Below are positions 47,334-58,861 of a DNA stretch of 64,000 bases, in pieces. Under the pieces are notes generated by a model that had not been told where the DNA came from, made no database searches, and saw nothing but the letters and a program-made list of their open reading frames with translations. Numbering within the stretch: position 1 is the first letter of the stretch; the number at the start of each line of letters is the position of its first letter. Origin of the DNA: an uncultured Planctomycetaceae bacterium (GTDB taxonomy: Bacteria; Planctomycetota; Planctomycetia; Planctomycetales; Planctomycetaceae); the NCBI GenBank assembly GCA_963976765.1, contig CAXBME010000002.1:186001-250000 (forward strand), written 5' to 3'. The position numbers and the translations under genes were made by a program.

Positions 47334-50300
47334 TTACGCAGGATCGTAGCCCAGGTTCGGAGCGAGCCAGCGTTCGACATCTTCCACCGTCGTCCCTTTG
47401 CGTGCGGCGTAATCTTCCACCTGATCTTTGCTGATTCGATCGACCGAAAAATACCGCGACTCTGGATGGGCAAAGTAGAGCCCGCTCACTGACGCCGCCG
47501 GGAACATCGCGAATGACTCGGTCAGAGAAATCCCCGTTTGCGACTCCGCATCCAGCAACTTGAAAAGGGTACTCTTCTGAGTGTGGTCAGGGCAGGCTGG
47601 ATAGCCAAACGCCGGACGAATACCACGATACTTTTCGCGGATGAGATCGTCGGTCGAAAGTCCCTCAGCCTTCCCGTAGCCCCACTCGTCGCGAGCAATT
47701 TTGTGAAGGCGTTCTGCAAATGCCTCGGCCAGACGATCAGCCAGTGCCTTCGTCATGATCGACAGATAATCATCGTGCTCGGCCTCAAACTTCGCCACGA
47801 GTTCATCGCAGCCGATTCCCGTCGTGACTGCGAATGCGCCGAGATAGTCGGTTCGTCCAGAATCAATCGGGGCGATAAAATCGGCCAGCGATCGAAAATC
47901 TTTCTGCCCTTTCCGCTCCCATTGCTGTCGCAGAGCGGGGAATCGGCAACGCTCTTCCCGGTCCACATCCTGCCAAACGACGATGTCATCGCCTTCTGAA
48001 TTTGCCGGCCAGAAGCCGAACACTGCTTTGGCAGTGAGCAGCTTCTTCTCGACAATTTCGCCGAGCAGTTTCCTCGCGTCACCAAAGAGGCGTGTCGCTT
48101 CTTCTCCAACTACTTCGTCTTCGAGAATAGCAGGATATTTCCCGCGAAGTTCCCAGGTTTGAAAAAACGGCGACCAGTCAATGTAGTCGACGAGGTCTTT
48201 CAGCGGGTAATCGTCGACCGTGCGAAGGCCGGTGAACGACGGCGTCGGGATGTCGACGCTGCCCCAATCGGTCGCGAATCGCCGGGCCTTCGTCTCAGCA
48301 TACGGAGTGAGCACCTTCTGTTGTCGGTTCTCGAACGATGCTCGATCGCGCCCCTGCTCCGCCAGATTTTTCGCAACGAAGGCTTCCTTACTATCAGGGT
48401 CAAGCAGTTTCTCGACAACCGGCACTGACAGCGACGCATCAATCACGTGCACGACAGGATGATCGTAGTTCTGAGCAATCTTGACGGCCGTATGTTTCGC
48501 ACTGGTCGTTGCGCCACCGATCAGCAGAGGCAATGTGAAGCCTTGCCGTTTGAGTTCCCTTGCGCAGTGGACCATCTCATCCAGCGACGGTGTGATGAGA
48601 CCGCTGAGCCCGATCAGGTCTGCCTTCTGTTCGATGGCCGTCTGCAGAATTTTATCGGCAGGGACCATGACTCCCAGATCGATCACGTCAAAGTTGTTGC
48701 ATCGCAGAACGACTCCGACGATGTTTTTGCCGATATCGTGGACGTCGCCTTTAACAGTTGCCAGGACGATCGTTCCTCGCGACGTCGAGTCACCTGCTTC
48801 AGCTTTCTCTGCCTCCATGAAAGGAGTCAGCCACGCGACGGACTTCTTCATCACGCGAGCACTCTTGACGACCTGCGGCAGGAACATCTTGCCCGCACCG
48901 AACAGCTCTCCAACAACAGCCATTCCGGCCATCAGCGGCCCCTGAATCACATTCAGCGGTCGACCGTATTTCAGGCGAGCTTCTTCTGTGTCCTCGTCGA
49001 CATAGTCGGTGATGCCTTTCAGAATGGCATGTGCCAGCCGTTCTTCGACCGTCCCGTTTCGCCACTCGGCAATCTTCGCTTCGCTTTGCCCGCTCGACCG
49101 ATTCTTGATTTTCTCTGAGTAGTCAACAAGTCGTTCGGTCGCGTCGAGGCGACGGTTCAGCAGCACATCCTCGACGTATTCGAGCAGCTCTTTGTCGATC
49201 TCGTCATAAACTTCCAGTTGCCCGGCGTTGACAATTCCCATGTCCAGGCCGGCATTGATCGCGTGGTACAGAAACGCCGCATTCACCGCTTCCCGCACGA
49301 CATCATTGCCGCGGAACGAGAACGAAACGTTACTCACGCCGCCCGACGTCTTTGCACCGGGACACTCCTTTTTGATCTGTCGCACCGCTTCGATGAACTC
49401 AACCGCGTAGTTCGCGTGTTCTTCCAGGCCCGTTCCGACGGTAAGAATGTTCGGGTCAAAGATGATGTCTTCAGGAGGAAACCCAGCCTGCTCAATCAGC
49501 AGCTTGTAAGCTCGTTTGCAGATCCGAACTTTGTTTTCGCAATCGACCGCCTGCCCTTCCTCATCGAAGGCCATCACGACAACAGCCGCGCCATATTTGC
49601 GGATGGTCTTTGCCTGACGAAGAAACTGTTCCTCGCCTTCTTTCAGGCTGATCGAGTTGACGATTCCTTTGCCTTGCAGACACTTCAAACCAGCTTCGAT
49701 AACGCTCCACTTCGAACTGTCAACCATGATCGGGACGGATACGTCGGGCTCATCGTTATCGCTGAGCAGGTACAGAAACTTCTGCATGCAGGCTTCGCTG
49801 TCGAGCAGACCTTCGTCCATGTTGACGTCGACAATGTTTGCTCCACCTTCGACCTGACCTCGAGCGATGCTGAGGGCTTCGTCGTAATTCTCTTCCTTGA
49901 TGAGTCGTGCGAATTTTCGAGAACCAGTGACGTTGGTCCGTTCGCCGACCATGATGAACGTCGTTTCCGGACGAAGTTCCAGACGATTGAGCCCGCTGTA
50001 CGTTGAGAATCCGGGTGTCTGCGGAATCTTCCGCGGCTTCAAGCCTTTGACTGCCTCGCCGATCTGATGAATGTACTCAGGCGTGGTTCCACAACAGCCA
50101 CCGACGATACTGACCCAGCCCTGCTCGGCGAAGTCGCGAATGTTTGCGGCGACTTCTGAAGGCGAGGAATCGAACCCGCCCATTCCATCCGGCATGCCGG
50201 CGTTCGGGTAACAACTGATGTGGCAACCCGCGAGCTGAGACAAACTTTCGACGTACGGTCTCATTTGAGCCGGGCCAAGTGCGCAGTTCAGGCCGATGCT

Positions 50301-51011
50301 CAACATCGGAAAGTGAGACAGCGACGTGTAAAACGCTTCGATACTCTGGGCAGTCAGCGAGCGTCCGCCGTCGAAAATCGTGCCGGAAACCATGACGGGA
50401 ACTTCAACGTTGTGCTGCTCGAAGTACGTCGCGATGGCAAACAGGCACGCTTTCATGTTGAGCGTGTCGAAAGAAGTTTCAGGCAACAGCAGGTCAACGC
50501 CACCATCAATCAAGCCGCGAACCTGCTCGGAATAAGAAGCGACCATGTCATCAAAATTGACGGGCCTCACACCAGGCTCGTCCGGGTTCAACGAAAGCTG
50601 AACCTTCGTCGGTCCGATGCTGCCGGCCACGAATCTCGGCTTGTCCGATGTTGAGAACGTGTCAGCCGCTCGCCTGGCAATCTCGGCAGCGGCTTTGTTG
50701 ATGGCGTAGGTGTGCTCAGCGAGTTCGAACTCTTCCATCGAAATTACGTTCGCATTGAACGTGTCGGTCTCGATGATGTCTGAGCCGGCCTCCAGATACT
50801 GTCGATGAATCTTCTCGATAATCTGTGGCTGAGTCAGGCACAGAACATCGTTGGCATTTTTCAAATCGATGGCGTGATTCTTGAACAGCTCGCCGCGGTA
50901 GTCAGCCTCGGTCGGCCCCTGCCCCATAATCAGCGAACCCATCGCTCCGTCGAGAATGAGGATTCGGTCTTCGAGCAGATTACGCAGCGTGTCCTGAGTT
51001 GAGCTTGTCAT
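47334..51011 (-). CDS. metH: Cobalamin-dependent methionine synthase
   Basis: [34 protein letters not shown]12 motif, [18 protein letters not shown]. Confidence 0.98.
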   Translation of the reverse strand: MTSSTQDTLRNLLEDRILILDGAMGSLIMGQGPTEADYRGELFKNHAIDLKNANDVLCLTQPQIIEKIHRQYLEAGSDIIETDTFNANVISMEEFELAEHTYAINKAAAEIARRAADTFSTSDKPRFVAGSIGPTKVQLSLNPDEPGVRPVNFDDMVASYSEQVRGLIDGGVDLLLPETSFDTLNMKACLFAIATYFEQHNVEVPVMVSGTIFDGGRSLTAQSIEAFYTSLSHFPMLSIGLNCALGPAQMRPYVESLSQLAGCHISCYPNAGMPDGMGGFDSSPSEVAANIRDFAEQGWVSIVGGCCGTTPEYIHQIGEAVKGLKPRKIPQTPGFSTYSGLNRLELRPETTFIMVGERTNVTGSRKFARLIKEENYDEALSIARGQVEGGANIVDVNMDEGLLDSEACMQKFLYLLSDNDEPDVSVPIMVDSSKWSVIEAGLKCLQGKGIVNSISLKEGEEQFLRQAKTIRKYGAAVVVMAFDEEGQAVDCENKVRICKRAYKLLIEQAGFPPEDIIFDPNILTVGTGLEEHANYAVEFIEAVRQIKKECPGAKTSGGVSNVSFSFRGNDVVREAVNAAFLYHAINAGLDMGIVNAGQLEVYDEIDKELLEYVEDVLLNRRLDATERLVDYSEKIKNRSSGQSEAKIAEWRNGTVEERLAHAILKGITDYVDEDTEEARLKYGRPLNVIQGPLMAGMAVVGELFGAGKMFLPQVVKSARVMKKSVAWLTPFMEAEKAEAGDSTSRGTIVLATVKGDVHDIGKNIVGVVLRCNNFDVIDLGVMVPADKILQTAIEQKADLIGLSGLITPSLDEMVHCARELKRQGFTLPLLIGGATTSAKHTAVKIAQNYDHPVVHVIDASLSVPVVEKLLDPDSKEAFVAKNLAEQGRDRASFENRQQKVLTPYAETKARRFATDWGSVDIPTPSFTGLRTVDDYPLKDLVDYIDWSPFFQTWELRGKYPAILEDEVVGEEATRLFGDARKLLGEIVEKKLLTAKAVFGFWPANSEGDDIVVWQDVDREERCRFPALRQQWERKGQKDFRSLADFIAPIDSGRTDYLGAFAVTTGIGCDELVAKFEAEHDDYLSIMTKALADRLAEAFAERLHKIARDEWGYGKAEGLSTDDLIREKYRGIRPAFGYPACPDHTQKSTLFKLLDAESQTGISLTESFAMFPAASVSGLYFAHPESRYFSVDRISKDQVEDYAARKGTTVEDVERWLAPNLGYDPA

Positions 51012-51143
51012 GGGAACTCGAAAAGAGAAAGCGTTCAGAAACGGGTCGAAACCAGACAGGCTTAGCGGGACCGAGGTTCGATCCGATCACCCGTCAATCA
51101 CACACTTTAAGTGTCTTGAGTCACGACGAAAACGCACATAACG

Positions 51144-51177
51144 AAAGAATCCCGGCCTGATGCTCAGACCGGGATTC
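51144..51177 (-). terminator. Terminator hairpin after the DUF1080 gene
   Basis: GAATCCCGG...CCGGGATTC stem with a short T-run on the minus strand. Confidence 0.6.
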
Positions 51178-51207
51178 CTGTTGTCGTCATTCTCGCAGCT
51201 CTGCTGG

Positions 51208-52602
51208 CTACTTCGTAGCTTCGGCGGAAGGCTCAGCTTTTTTCGCCGGTGGTTTATTCTCTGCCGGAGTCTCGTTGGCTGGAGCGAGTTTCCGGAGCCG
51301 GACATTTCGGTACTGGACAGCATCGCCGTGGCCAGCAAATCCGAAGTAACCATCGAACCGGTCTATTCCGATATGACGTTTGCCGCCCATGTGCTCTTCC
51401 GGCTTCGTAACATCGGCGTCGACGATGACTGTTCCGTTCAGCTCGACCTTCACCCACGATCCTTTGACGGTAACTTCCTGATAGTTCCACTCGCCGACCG
51501 GTCGCTGATAACCGCGATGAGCAGCGACCACTCCGTAAACTGACCCGTGATACTGTCTCGGATCGAGTTTACCGGCATATTTCTCGGCCGAGTCATCAAG
51601 AACCTGCAACTCGCAAAGCCCGACGTAAGCCGTGTCCCCCTTTCCGGGGTAACGAATGGCGAGACCGTTGTTTCCTCCGGGTGGCACTTTGAATTCGAGT
51701 CGAGCAACAAAGTCCGTCAAATTCTCGTTGTAGTAAATCGTGCCGCCCTTGCCTTGCTTGCAGCGAACGGTGCCATCGACAACTTCGTAGTTGTCGACCG
51801 GGCCGGCCCAGCCTTCGAGCGATTTACCGTCAAAAATCGTTTTGAACTCCTCGTCCGCGCCGGCCAAAGACTCAGCAGCTTCTTCCAGACCAACTTCTCG
51901 AATGAAAATATTCCGCCAGCGAACTTCGTTGCCGTGAGTCTGCAACTGGACCGGACCTTTTACTCGCAACGGCAACGCTCGATTCCAGTAGTTGTGCAGA
52001 GCCGCACCGTCGATAACGAGCTTGCTGTTCAGCCAGACCCACGTGCGAGCACCAATCTGCTTGATCCGGAAACTGTTCCATTCACCGATCGGCTTGTCCG
52101 CGTGAGCGATCGGATCTTTACCCGGCGAACCAGCGGCGTTGTTCCACAGTCCTCCCGACCCTTTATCCGCACCGAGACGCCAGTAGCCAGCTTCCTCCGT
52201 TGTATCCCAGATCTGAACCTGCGGGGTTGCCTTAAGATAGATCCCCGAATCACCTTTCGGCAGTAGTTTGAAGTCGACCATCAATTCGAAATCGCGATAC
52301 TCGTTGGGCGTCGTCATGTAGACACCCTTGCCATCGTTGACCAGTTCGCCGTTATCAACCGACCAGTGCACGACCGCGTTCTTCCACTGCTCTTCGAGAA
52401 ACGTTTTGCGCTCCTCTTCAGACATTGCCTCCAGTTTGTACGGGTTCTGGTTATGAGCAATCCAGCCGTCGAGATTCTTCCCGTTGAACAAAGCGGTGAA
52501 GCCCTCGGGCGCATCGTTATGAACTAAATCGTCGGCACCGGACATCGTCGACGTCTGCGAGCAGGCGAGAATCGTGGCAAGAATCAACTGTGGACATCTC
52601 AT
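51208..52602 (-). CDS. Tandem DUF1080 (3-keto-disaccharide hydrolase-like) protein
   Basis: Two LFNG..L.GW...(D/N)SG...GEWN...G...Q/GH...RN domains; signal peptide. Confidence 0.9.
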   Translation of the reverse strand: MRCPQLILATILACSQTSTMSGADDLVHNDAPEGFTALFNGKNLDGWIAHNQNPYKLEAMSEEERKTFLEEQWKNAVVHWSVDNGELVNDGKGVYMTTPNEYRDFELMVDFKLLPKGDSGIYLKATPQVQIWDTTEEAGYWRLGADKGSGGLWNNAAGSPGKDPIAHADKPIGEWNSFRIKQIGARTWVWLNSKLVIDGAALHNYWNRALPLRVKGPVQLQTHGNEVRWRNIFIREVGLEEAAESLAGADEEFKTIFDGKSLEGWAGPVDNYEVVDGTVRCKQGKGGTIYYNENLTDFVARLEFKVPPGGNNGLAIRYPGKGDTAYVGLCELQVLDDSAEKYAGKLDPRQYHGSVYGVVAAHRGYQRPVGEWNYQEVTVKGSWVKVELNGTVIVDADVTKPEEHMGGKRHIGIDRFDGYFGFAGHGDAVQYRNVRLRKLAPANETPAENKPPAKKAEPSAEATK

Positions 52603-52797
52603 GAGGTAAAACTCCGGCAGTGCGGAAAACAGGACGCCCATAGTGAGTCGGGACCGTTCCCGAAAGGCGTCGTGGTGGAAGCGATGAGGCTAGACACTGG
52701 GAGCCAATGTGTCGAGCCATCGACGACTGTCGATATGTTCTACTGAAAGGCAAACAGTAGCAGGCAACAAAAGACTGACTCGCGACACAGCCCTTCG

Positions 52798-54273
52798 TCA
52801 ACCAGCGAGCAGTTGCTGCTCGATCGACTCCATGACGTCGCTAAGCTGCCAGTTGCGACCGGCGAAGGTCAGCTCTTTCTCAGCTCGCAGCCACGTGTCG
52901 ACCTTCTTTTCGGCAGCGACCACGGTGCTGTGATTTCGCCCGCCGAAGAAGTCTCCAATTTCCTTATAGGCTGCCTGTGTGTGACGTCGAGCCAGAAACA
53001 TGGCGAGCATTCGAGGCTGGCTGACACTGCGCGTTCGTTTGTCAGATTTCAGATCGCAAGCGTCAATGCCAAACAACTGGCAGACCGCCGCTTCGATATC
53101 CGGCAGACGGACAACTCGAATACAGTCTCGCTCCAGCTCGGATAGTGCCTGTCGAGCGGTCTGCAACGACACTTTGCTCTTCGTCATTGCGTACCAGGTT
53201 CGCAGCGTGTTGAGCGCTCCTTCAAGTTCTCTGACGCTGTGAGTGAACCGCCGGGCGACAAAGTCCAGTGCGTCCTCAGAAATCTGCCCGGCAAACGGCT
53301 GCATCTTCACTCGAACAATCTGACGACGGGTCTGCAAGTCCGGAGTTTCCAGTCGACTGACAAGTCCGCAGAGAAAACGAGTCGTCAACTCGCCGCTCAT
53401 CTTTGACATCAACCGCGGGTGACAATCAGCGGTGACAACGACCTGCTTGCCGTGGCTGGAAAGTTGTTCGAACGTGTGCAGAAACTCTTCCTGCATACCG
53501 GGCTTGCCATTCAGAAATCCGATGTCGTCGACAATCAAAACATCGACATTGCGGAACCGGGCGCGGAAGCTCGGCAGCGACTGGTTTCGTAGTGCGTGTG
53601 TGAACTGATTCCCGAAGCTCTCGGCCGTCATAAAGACAACCTGCATCTCCGGATTCAGCTTACGAACTTCGCAGTAAATCGCTTCGGCGAGATGTGTCTT
53701 TCCAACTCCGACGCTTCCATGAACGTAGAGCGGGCTGAATCGTTCGCCAGGGTGGCTGGCCACCTGCCTTGCTGCCGTGACAGCCAGTTCGTTACACGCC
53801 CCCTGAACAAAACCATCCAGTTTTGCGAATCGACGACCATCGCGTCTGGTTTCCCCTCGCTGCGTTCTTCCGCGTTGGGATGAGGACTTTGCGGCGCTGG
53901 ACGCCACGATCTGCTGAGAAAGTTTTGCAGCGATTGCTGAGCCGGCTTCTGCCGAGCCGGACGTCGACGACTTATCCGATTCCGTATCTGATTCAAGGTT
54001 TTCGTTGATGATCCAGTCGACGTTGCAGCCGGGCACGATCCCCCGAGCAACCGCCAGAGTGTCACTGCTGAACCGACGCTGCATCCACGTCGACAAAAAC
54101 GTGCTGCCCACCGCAACGATGAACGTCGAACCTTCCAGACTGACCTGTGAACGGTTCACAAACCAGTGCTGAAAATTATGTTCGCCGATCTTCGCTCGGA
54201 GCGCATCCAGAAAGCAGCTTGTGCTTTGCTCATGCGACACTGGCTGCACGTTTGCCAGAATATCGGGCTGCAT
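52798..54273 (-). CDS. dnaA: Chromosomal replication initiator DnaA
   Basis: Domain I (IG..NF.HWF), F..G.CN.LA, G.VGVGKTHL, DVLIVDD, QEEF.HTF, SVRELEGA, domain IV PR..AM.L.R......IG..FGGR.HSTV. The ORF is open to 54453. Confidence 0.93.
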   Translation of the reverse strand: MQPDILANVQPVSHEQSTSCFLDALRAKIGEHNFQHWFVNRSQVSLEGSTFIVAVGSTFLSTWMQRRFSSDTLAVARGIVPGCNVDWIINENLESDTESDKSSTSGSAEAGSAIAAKLSQQIVASSAAKSSSQRGRTQRGETRRDGRRFAKLDGFVQGACNELAVTAARQVASHPGERFSPLYVHGSVGVGKTHLAEAIYCEVRKLNPEMQVVFMTAESFGNQFTHALRNQSLPSFRARFRNVDVLIVDDIGFLNGKPGMQEEFLHTFEQLSSHGKQVVVTADCHPRLMSKMSGELTTRFLCGLVSRLETPDLQTRRQIVRVKMQPFAGQISEDALDFVARRFTHSVRELEGALNTLRTWYAMTKSKVSLQTARQALSELERDCIRVVRLPDIEAAVCQLFGIDACDLKSDKRTRSVSQPRMLAMFLARRHTQAAYKEIGDFFGGRNHSTVVAAEKKVDTWLRAEKELTFAGRNWQLSDVMESIEQQLLAG

Positions 54274-54644
54274 CTTGCGACCCTCGATGCGCACCCCATC
54301 AACAAAGAATGCCACCGTCAAAAGACGAACAGCATCCTTGATTCTTCTCGTGGGACAGACGATCGATCGCGAAAAAATAAACCGTCGCGAAGAGTCTCTG
54401 TCGGGAGCAGGGTTCACCACGAACACACATGAAACGACCAGACGTCGATCCACAGGCTCGCCCGAACGGGCACTCCGTTGCCAGCGATTAAATCTCGAAT
54501 CAGGAGATACGATATGACCAGGAAAAAAGGAAACGCCGACCTGCCTGTCTGTCGATCTGGTCCGTCAGGCACCACCCTCGAACGGATCAACTCGTCAATC
54601 AGACACCACCTGGCCGGCGGTTCCCGTCACTCACTCAGAGGCCG

Positions 54645-54672
54645 ATACTACTCCCGTGAAACTGGAAGTCAA
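54645..54672 (-). promoter_or_regulatory. Putative sigma70 promoter of dnaA
   Basis: Minus strand TTGACT-N16-TAGTAT. Confidence 0.55.
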
Positions 54673-55078
54673 ACCTGAACTGTCGGCATTCTGATCGACT
54701 TTCCTGAGGTCTGCCGAAGGCAGCCAGAATCCTCACGAATTCGTACTGTCCGACTTTTCTGCTACGAGAATCACGACACAAGACATGTTAAGAAATTGTG
54801 GATCAAACACGGTGGCAGGTGGCTTGACAGACGACGCAAAATCGAGTCTCTCAAGGCTAGATCGCAAACACTCGGCAAACATCAGCGGTCGAGCAGAACA
54901 GAGAAGCCGCCAGTAACACTCCGAGGACGTTCGTTTCAAGATTCAATCCGGAAAGCACGACGAGCAAAACCAGCGAGAAAATGCCGCCTCGAGGAAAACA
55001 GAAGCTTCATCACGTGAATGCGTCCTGAGAGACGATCCAGCAGATCAGAGCCTCTGGGTGTGCATTCTGTCCGGCTAC

Positions 55079-55116
55079 AAAAAAACGGGCGTCTGAAAGA
55101 TCCATTCAGACGCCCG
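55079..55116 (-). terminator. Rho-independent terminator
   Basis: CGGGCGTCTGAA...TTCAGACGCCCG 12-bp stem followed by T7 on the minus strand. Confidence 0.85.
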
Positions 55117-55171
55117 AAGAATCCGCGGATTGCATGAGGCAAAGCGTTTTCCGGCAACAGAGCAACAACTG

Positions 55172-55816
55172 CTACCTGGTCCGCGCAAAGACAACGTACC
55201 TGTCCAGAGAATCTTTGAGGATTAAGAAATGCCAGTCACCGCAAAGATTTTTACGAAAGCCGTCTGCGATCAGGATTCCCGTAAACAACACCGCCCCTGA
55301 AGCTCCAGCAGTTGCCGCAGAGCTGCCAATAGCGGCTTTCATGGTTGCATCTCGGATCCGGTCGTACTTCGCCTGATCTGACTTGTAGATGGGAAGTTCT
55401 GTCATCAGTGACAGAATTGTTATTCTTGCTGCATTTTTTAATTCCTGATTGTCGCCTTCGTACCACTCTCTGAACATTTTGGGGACTTTCTCTGCCTCAA
55501 CAGCCATGAGCGTCCCATGGCACCATTCGCCACGGAAGTCGTAATTCAACTGTTCGCCTGGCTTAATCAAGACGGGCCCCTCTACTGCCCAGTCGGTGTC
55601 GGCACCCTTGTCACCCCGTAAGAATCTTCCTTCGTAATCAAGCTTACCCCAGGCACGCGGCGAAATGTACAGCGCCTTTATAGGAGTGGCTGTCAAACCA
55701 GGAGCTGCGGGCTCAACGGGCCCCTCGTCTTCTGCAAGCTCGTAATTATACTCTTTCGCATTCAGACTGAATGCCCACAACAAAACACCGACTGCGGCGA
55801 TGTAAGATATTTTCAT
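55172..55816 (-). CDS. Secreted hypothetical protein (paralogue 1)
   Basis: AGGA RBS, signal peptide MKISYIAAVGVLLWAFSLNA, Gly/Ala-rich hydrophobic segment; AT-richer DNA. Confidence 0.75.
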   Translation of the reverse strand: MKISYIAAVGVLLWAFSLNAKEYNYELAEDEGPVEPAAPGLTATPIKALYISPRAWGKLDYEGRFLRGDKGADTDWAVEGPVLIKPGEQLNYDFRGEWCHGTLMAVEAEKVPKMFREWYEGDNQELKNAARITILSLMTELPIYKSDQAKYDRIRDATMKAAIGSSAATAGASGAVLFTGILIADGFRKNLCGDWHFLILKDSLDRYVVFARTR

Positions 55817-55922
55817 TTCGGTCCTGCTTTCACTACGAATCCGAGACAACATGACTGAGTGATCAAAAACTGCCTTTAACGTCTTGTTCACTGTAGCAAT
55901 ACAACTGCTGACGGCGAGCCCT

Positions 55923-56684
55923 CTACTTTGACTTTGCTGCTTTGACGGCTCTTAGCAGATTCTTTAGACCTCCCTCGGCAACGCTTTTGCCAACTCGATC
56001 CCACCAGTCTTCGTCTTTCCATTTTTCAGGATCTGCTGCGCTCTTGAGAATTTCCTGATGATCTTCGTTACTCACTTCGTTTCCATATTTTGCCACAGCC
56101 AAATACTTGCTGATAAAACCAGCTGTCATTTGTGATGGGGCCACTCGACCTTTGACACGAAACGGATTTGGCGCAATACAAAACGTATAGTTTGCGCAAA
56201 GGGCGTCCTTGAAAATACTACCGAGCGGTGTAACAGTATCACTGAATGCTGTTAATATCAGGCCAGCAGCTGTACCAACTACTGGTGCTTTTCCTACAAC
56301 CTTTGACGCATTGGATGAGACAACTGCCAGAGTTGAAAAAACGGCATCGTATGACTCTCTGTCGTCCTTAGCTTTTGTCAGATATACCGGAGCCATCTTA
56401 TCCACAGACTCACCAACCAGGATTGTGTGCAGACAGAAAACTCCAACAAACTTGAAGTCAGCGGTATCGTGAGCAGCAACCTTCTGTGGCCCTTTCAGCT
56501 TCCACGAATCACTGGCTCCCGTGTCCCCAATGAAACCTGTACCTTTCGCTGCGAAAATAATATCGACGTATATGTCGCGGGAACCCAGATTCACAATGTG
56601 ATAGTCATAGGCCCTAAGTGACTGTGTGGTAAGCATCAGGCATGTGAATACTGCGAAAGCAACCTTCGTATTTCTATTTTTCAT
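55923..56684 (-). CDS. Secreted hypothetical protein (paralogue 2)
   Basis: GGAG RBS, signal peptide MKNRNTKVAFAVFTCLMLTTQSLRA, hydrophobic segment; AT-richer DNA. Confidence 0.75.
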   Translation of the reverse strand: MKNRNTKVAFAVFTCLMLTTQSLRAYDYHIVNLGSRDIYVDIIFAAKGTGFIGDTGASDSWKLKGPQKVAAHDTADFKFVGVFCLHTILVGESVDKMAPVYLTKAKDDRESYDAVFSTLAVVSSNASKVVGKAPVVGTAAGLILTAFSDTVTPLGSIFKDALCANYTFCIAPNPFRVKGRVAPSQMTAGFISKYLAVAKYGNEVSNEDHQEILKSAADPEKWKDEDWWDRVGKSVAEGGLKNLLRAVKAAKSK

Positions 56685-57634
56685 GTCGTACTCCAGTCTT
56701 GAATGATTGTCTGCAGAACCCAACGGCTCCAACTACATTTTATCGAGTCTCCTGACATTGATTTGACAACCCTGCCGGAGTTTAACGAACCAGAGTTCGG
56801 CCCCTATCTTCTGGTGCCAAGATTTATTCCAGCAGGAATGTTTTAACTACAAGCAGAGTCAGGGTGGCCCACGGTAAGCATTCATCTTCACGGCAATATC
56901 TTCATTAAATGGCCTCTGTAGCCGGAATACCCAGACAGGATGTGCTGCATATCTATGTGATCAAAACTTCGAGCAGGAACTCGAAGTTCGCAAACATTCT
57001 GCTGCACAATCAAGAACTGCCGAATGCTGAAGGTGACAGAGTAGCCTTTGTCTACTTAGCGCCCAGGTAATCATCCTCTACCTGTGTTACGCTGATGCCT
57101 GCAAAACCTTCCCGCTTTTTTGGCTATTTTCTTTCATCTGATCAGGATGAGACCCTGGCATGGAGGAACGCGGCGGCGACACGCCGTTTGCGAAATTAGT
57201 CGCGACCATGCGAATGTACGCACAAAAACACCACTGGACGATCTTCATCGACGTTGAATAGTTCTCCCTATCTTGCCAGCTTCGATATTCCAGCGTTTGA
57301 CCTGTTCATGGCCATCGTCCACCTGGGCAAATCGAAAACACTCTGGAACGTAGGCAAAGTTCGGTTCGTAGCCCCGATCGCGATCGACTAGAGATAACTC
57401 TCCACCTTCTGCTCAGAGATATTTATCTACCTGCTGACTCACCAGCCGGGAATTTGACGACACTCTGATTTCACAGCTGTTCTACCTTCCCGGCCGCTGA
57501 TTGGCAGATCAGTTCTGAATTCTCCGCTGCGGCAGCACATATCGCCTGTTGAGAGTTCCAGATGAACCAGTGCCCGCCATGAGGGATGAGCATCCATTCG
57601 TGTTCTGGAGAAGGCGTCGGACACTGCCCGTGAT

Positions 57635-58327
57635 CTAACCTGTCGACGTGATTTCTCTCTGCCAGACGCTTCCAACTCCGAGACCGTCAACGAGACGAGC
57701 AAGGCCCAGGTCAAGGATCCGCACCTCTCCCTGACGAGTGAGTATGATGTTCGCCGGCTTGAGATCACGGTGAACCAATCCGCTCTCGTGCACATGCTGC
57801 ATGCCCATCGCAACGTGGCGAATGAGCTCGCACGCAGCTTCGAATGGCAATGGCCCGCTGACGCTGAACAGCGCCGAAAAGTATTTCCCCAGCGACATAA
57901 TCCATCGGCAGGTAATGGAGACCCGTGCTGTTCATTTCCGTCGTATGCCATGACAATATTCGGGTGATGCAGTTTGCGGACGAATGCGACCTCACTCTGA
58001 AATCTGGCAACGAGGCCGGGACGTATCGAGGCCGAACAGGTAAGAATTTTGTAGGCCACCTGACGCGGCTGCCAGACGCGATAAACCACGCCCATGCCGC
58101 GTGCGAGCGAGCAGCCCCTGAATTTCACAGTCGGGTATTTGCGGAAGAGCCGTCCTGATTTTCAGCGAGGTCAAAAAGTCCGGTGTCTGAACTTCGACAG
58201 CCACGCGTCGAGCCAGACGGTCCAACACGGCGTCACAATGTTGGAGCGCGATGTCAAATTCCTGATCGGAGTTTTATTGGTGCAGAATCTCTGAATCTTT
58301 TTTCGAACGCTGCCTGGACGTGTTCAT
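57635..58327 (-). pseudogene. Degraded Ser/Thr protein kinase
   Basis: Kinase motifs split over three frames: GMGVVY..VAYKIL..RFQSEV..L.HPNIV.AYD; HYL.MDYV.G; HRDLKPANI..ILDLGLAR. Truncated after subdomain VII. Confidence 0.85.
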
Positions 58328-58346
58328 GGCCCGCTCTGTTCCTGTT

Positions 58347-58769
58347 TCAACACGCGAAGACTTCCACAGAGTCATTTTCGAGCAATTCGATTTCATTACG
58401 AATCATCTGCTGCACCTTTGATCGCGTCGAATAAACGGCGGCGAGATTGATATTCAGTTGTTCCAAAACCTATCCGCCAGCGATCTGCTCAACCGCTGTC
58501 ATCTCCCAGACCTTCCAAAGATTCAAGTCGATGCGTGCTTTGACTCAAGCTTTTGCATGCTCGATCAACTCATAATCGAAAGCTTCGGTCAGTCTGCGAT
58601 TGAGGTCTTCGCGGGCTTCTGCCGTATCAACCGGATTGAGTTTCCGGCTACGACACCACGAGCAAACTCGCGTCCCATACCGCTCGACGAATTCACGCCA
58701 TGCCTCTTTTTCACTGTCACGAATTCTGGCAAGAAGTGTGTCGCTGGTATTCGACGACGAGCTGCCCAA
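58347..58769 (-). pseudogene. Degraded ECF sigma factor
   Basis: TS.TLL.RIR....AW.EFV.RY N-terminus. In-frame stops at 58545-58547 and 58470-58472 interrupt a sigma4-like tail (AVYSTRSKVQQMIR.EI); the central region appears deleted. Confidence 0.8.
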
Positions 58770-58861
58770 AACCTCTTACTTCCATCGAAACGAAAACCTT
58801 CCGGTATTTTCTGAGAATTCCCTGGCTGACCGGAACTGCGATCACAGCCACGATCGAATCG

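Noticed and set aside
51012..51140. SAM or cobalamin riboswitch upstream of metH
   Set aside because: No recognisable conserved core; the only clear hairpin is the upstream gene's terminator.
56398..56406. Perfect DnaA box TTATCCACA
   Set aside because: Single copy inside a CDS ~2 kb from dnaA; compatible with chance.
56740..57440. Possible gene remnants and a hairpin (56965-56988) in the AT-rich spacer
   Set aside because: Only short broken frames without recognisable motifs; cannot be assigned.
58470..58547. Stop-codon readthrough or recoding in the ECF gene
   Set aside because: Two different stops plus a deletion and a frameshifted neighbouring kinase indicate pseudogenisation.
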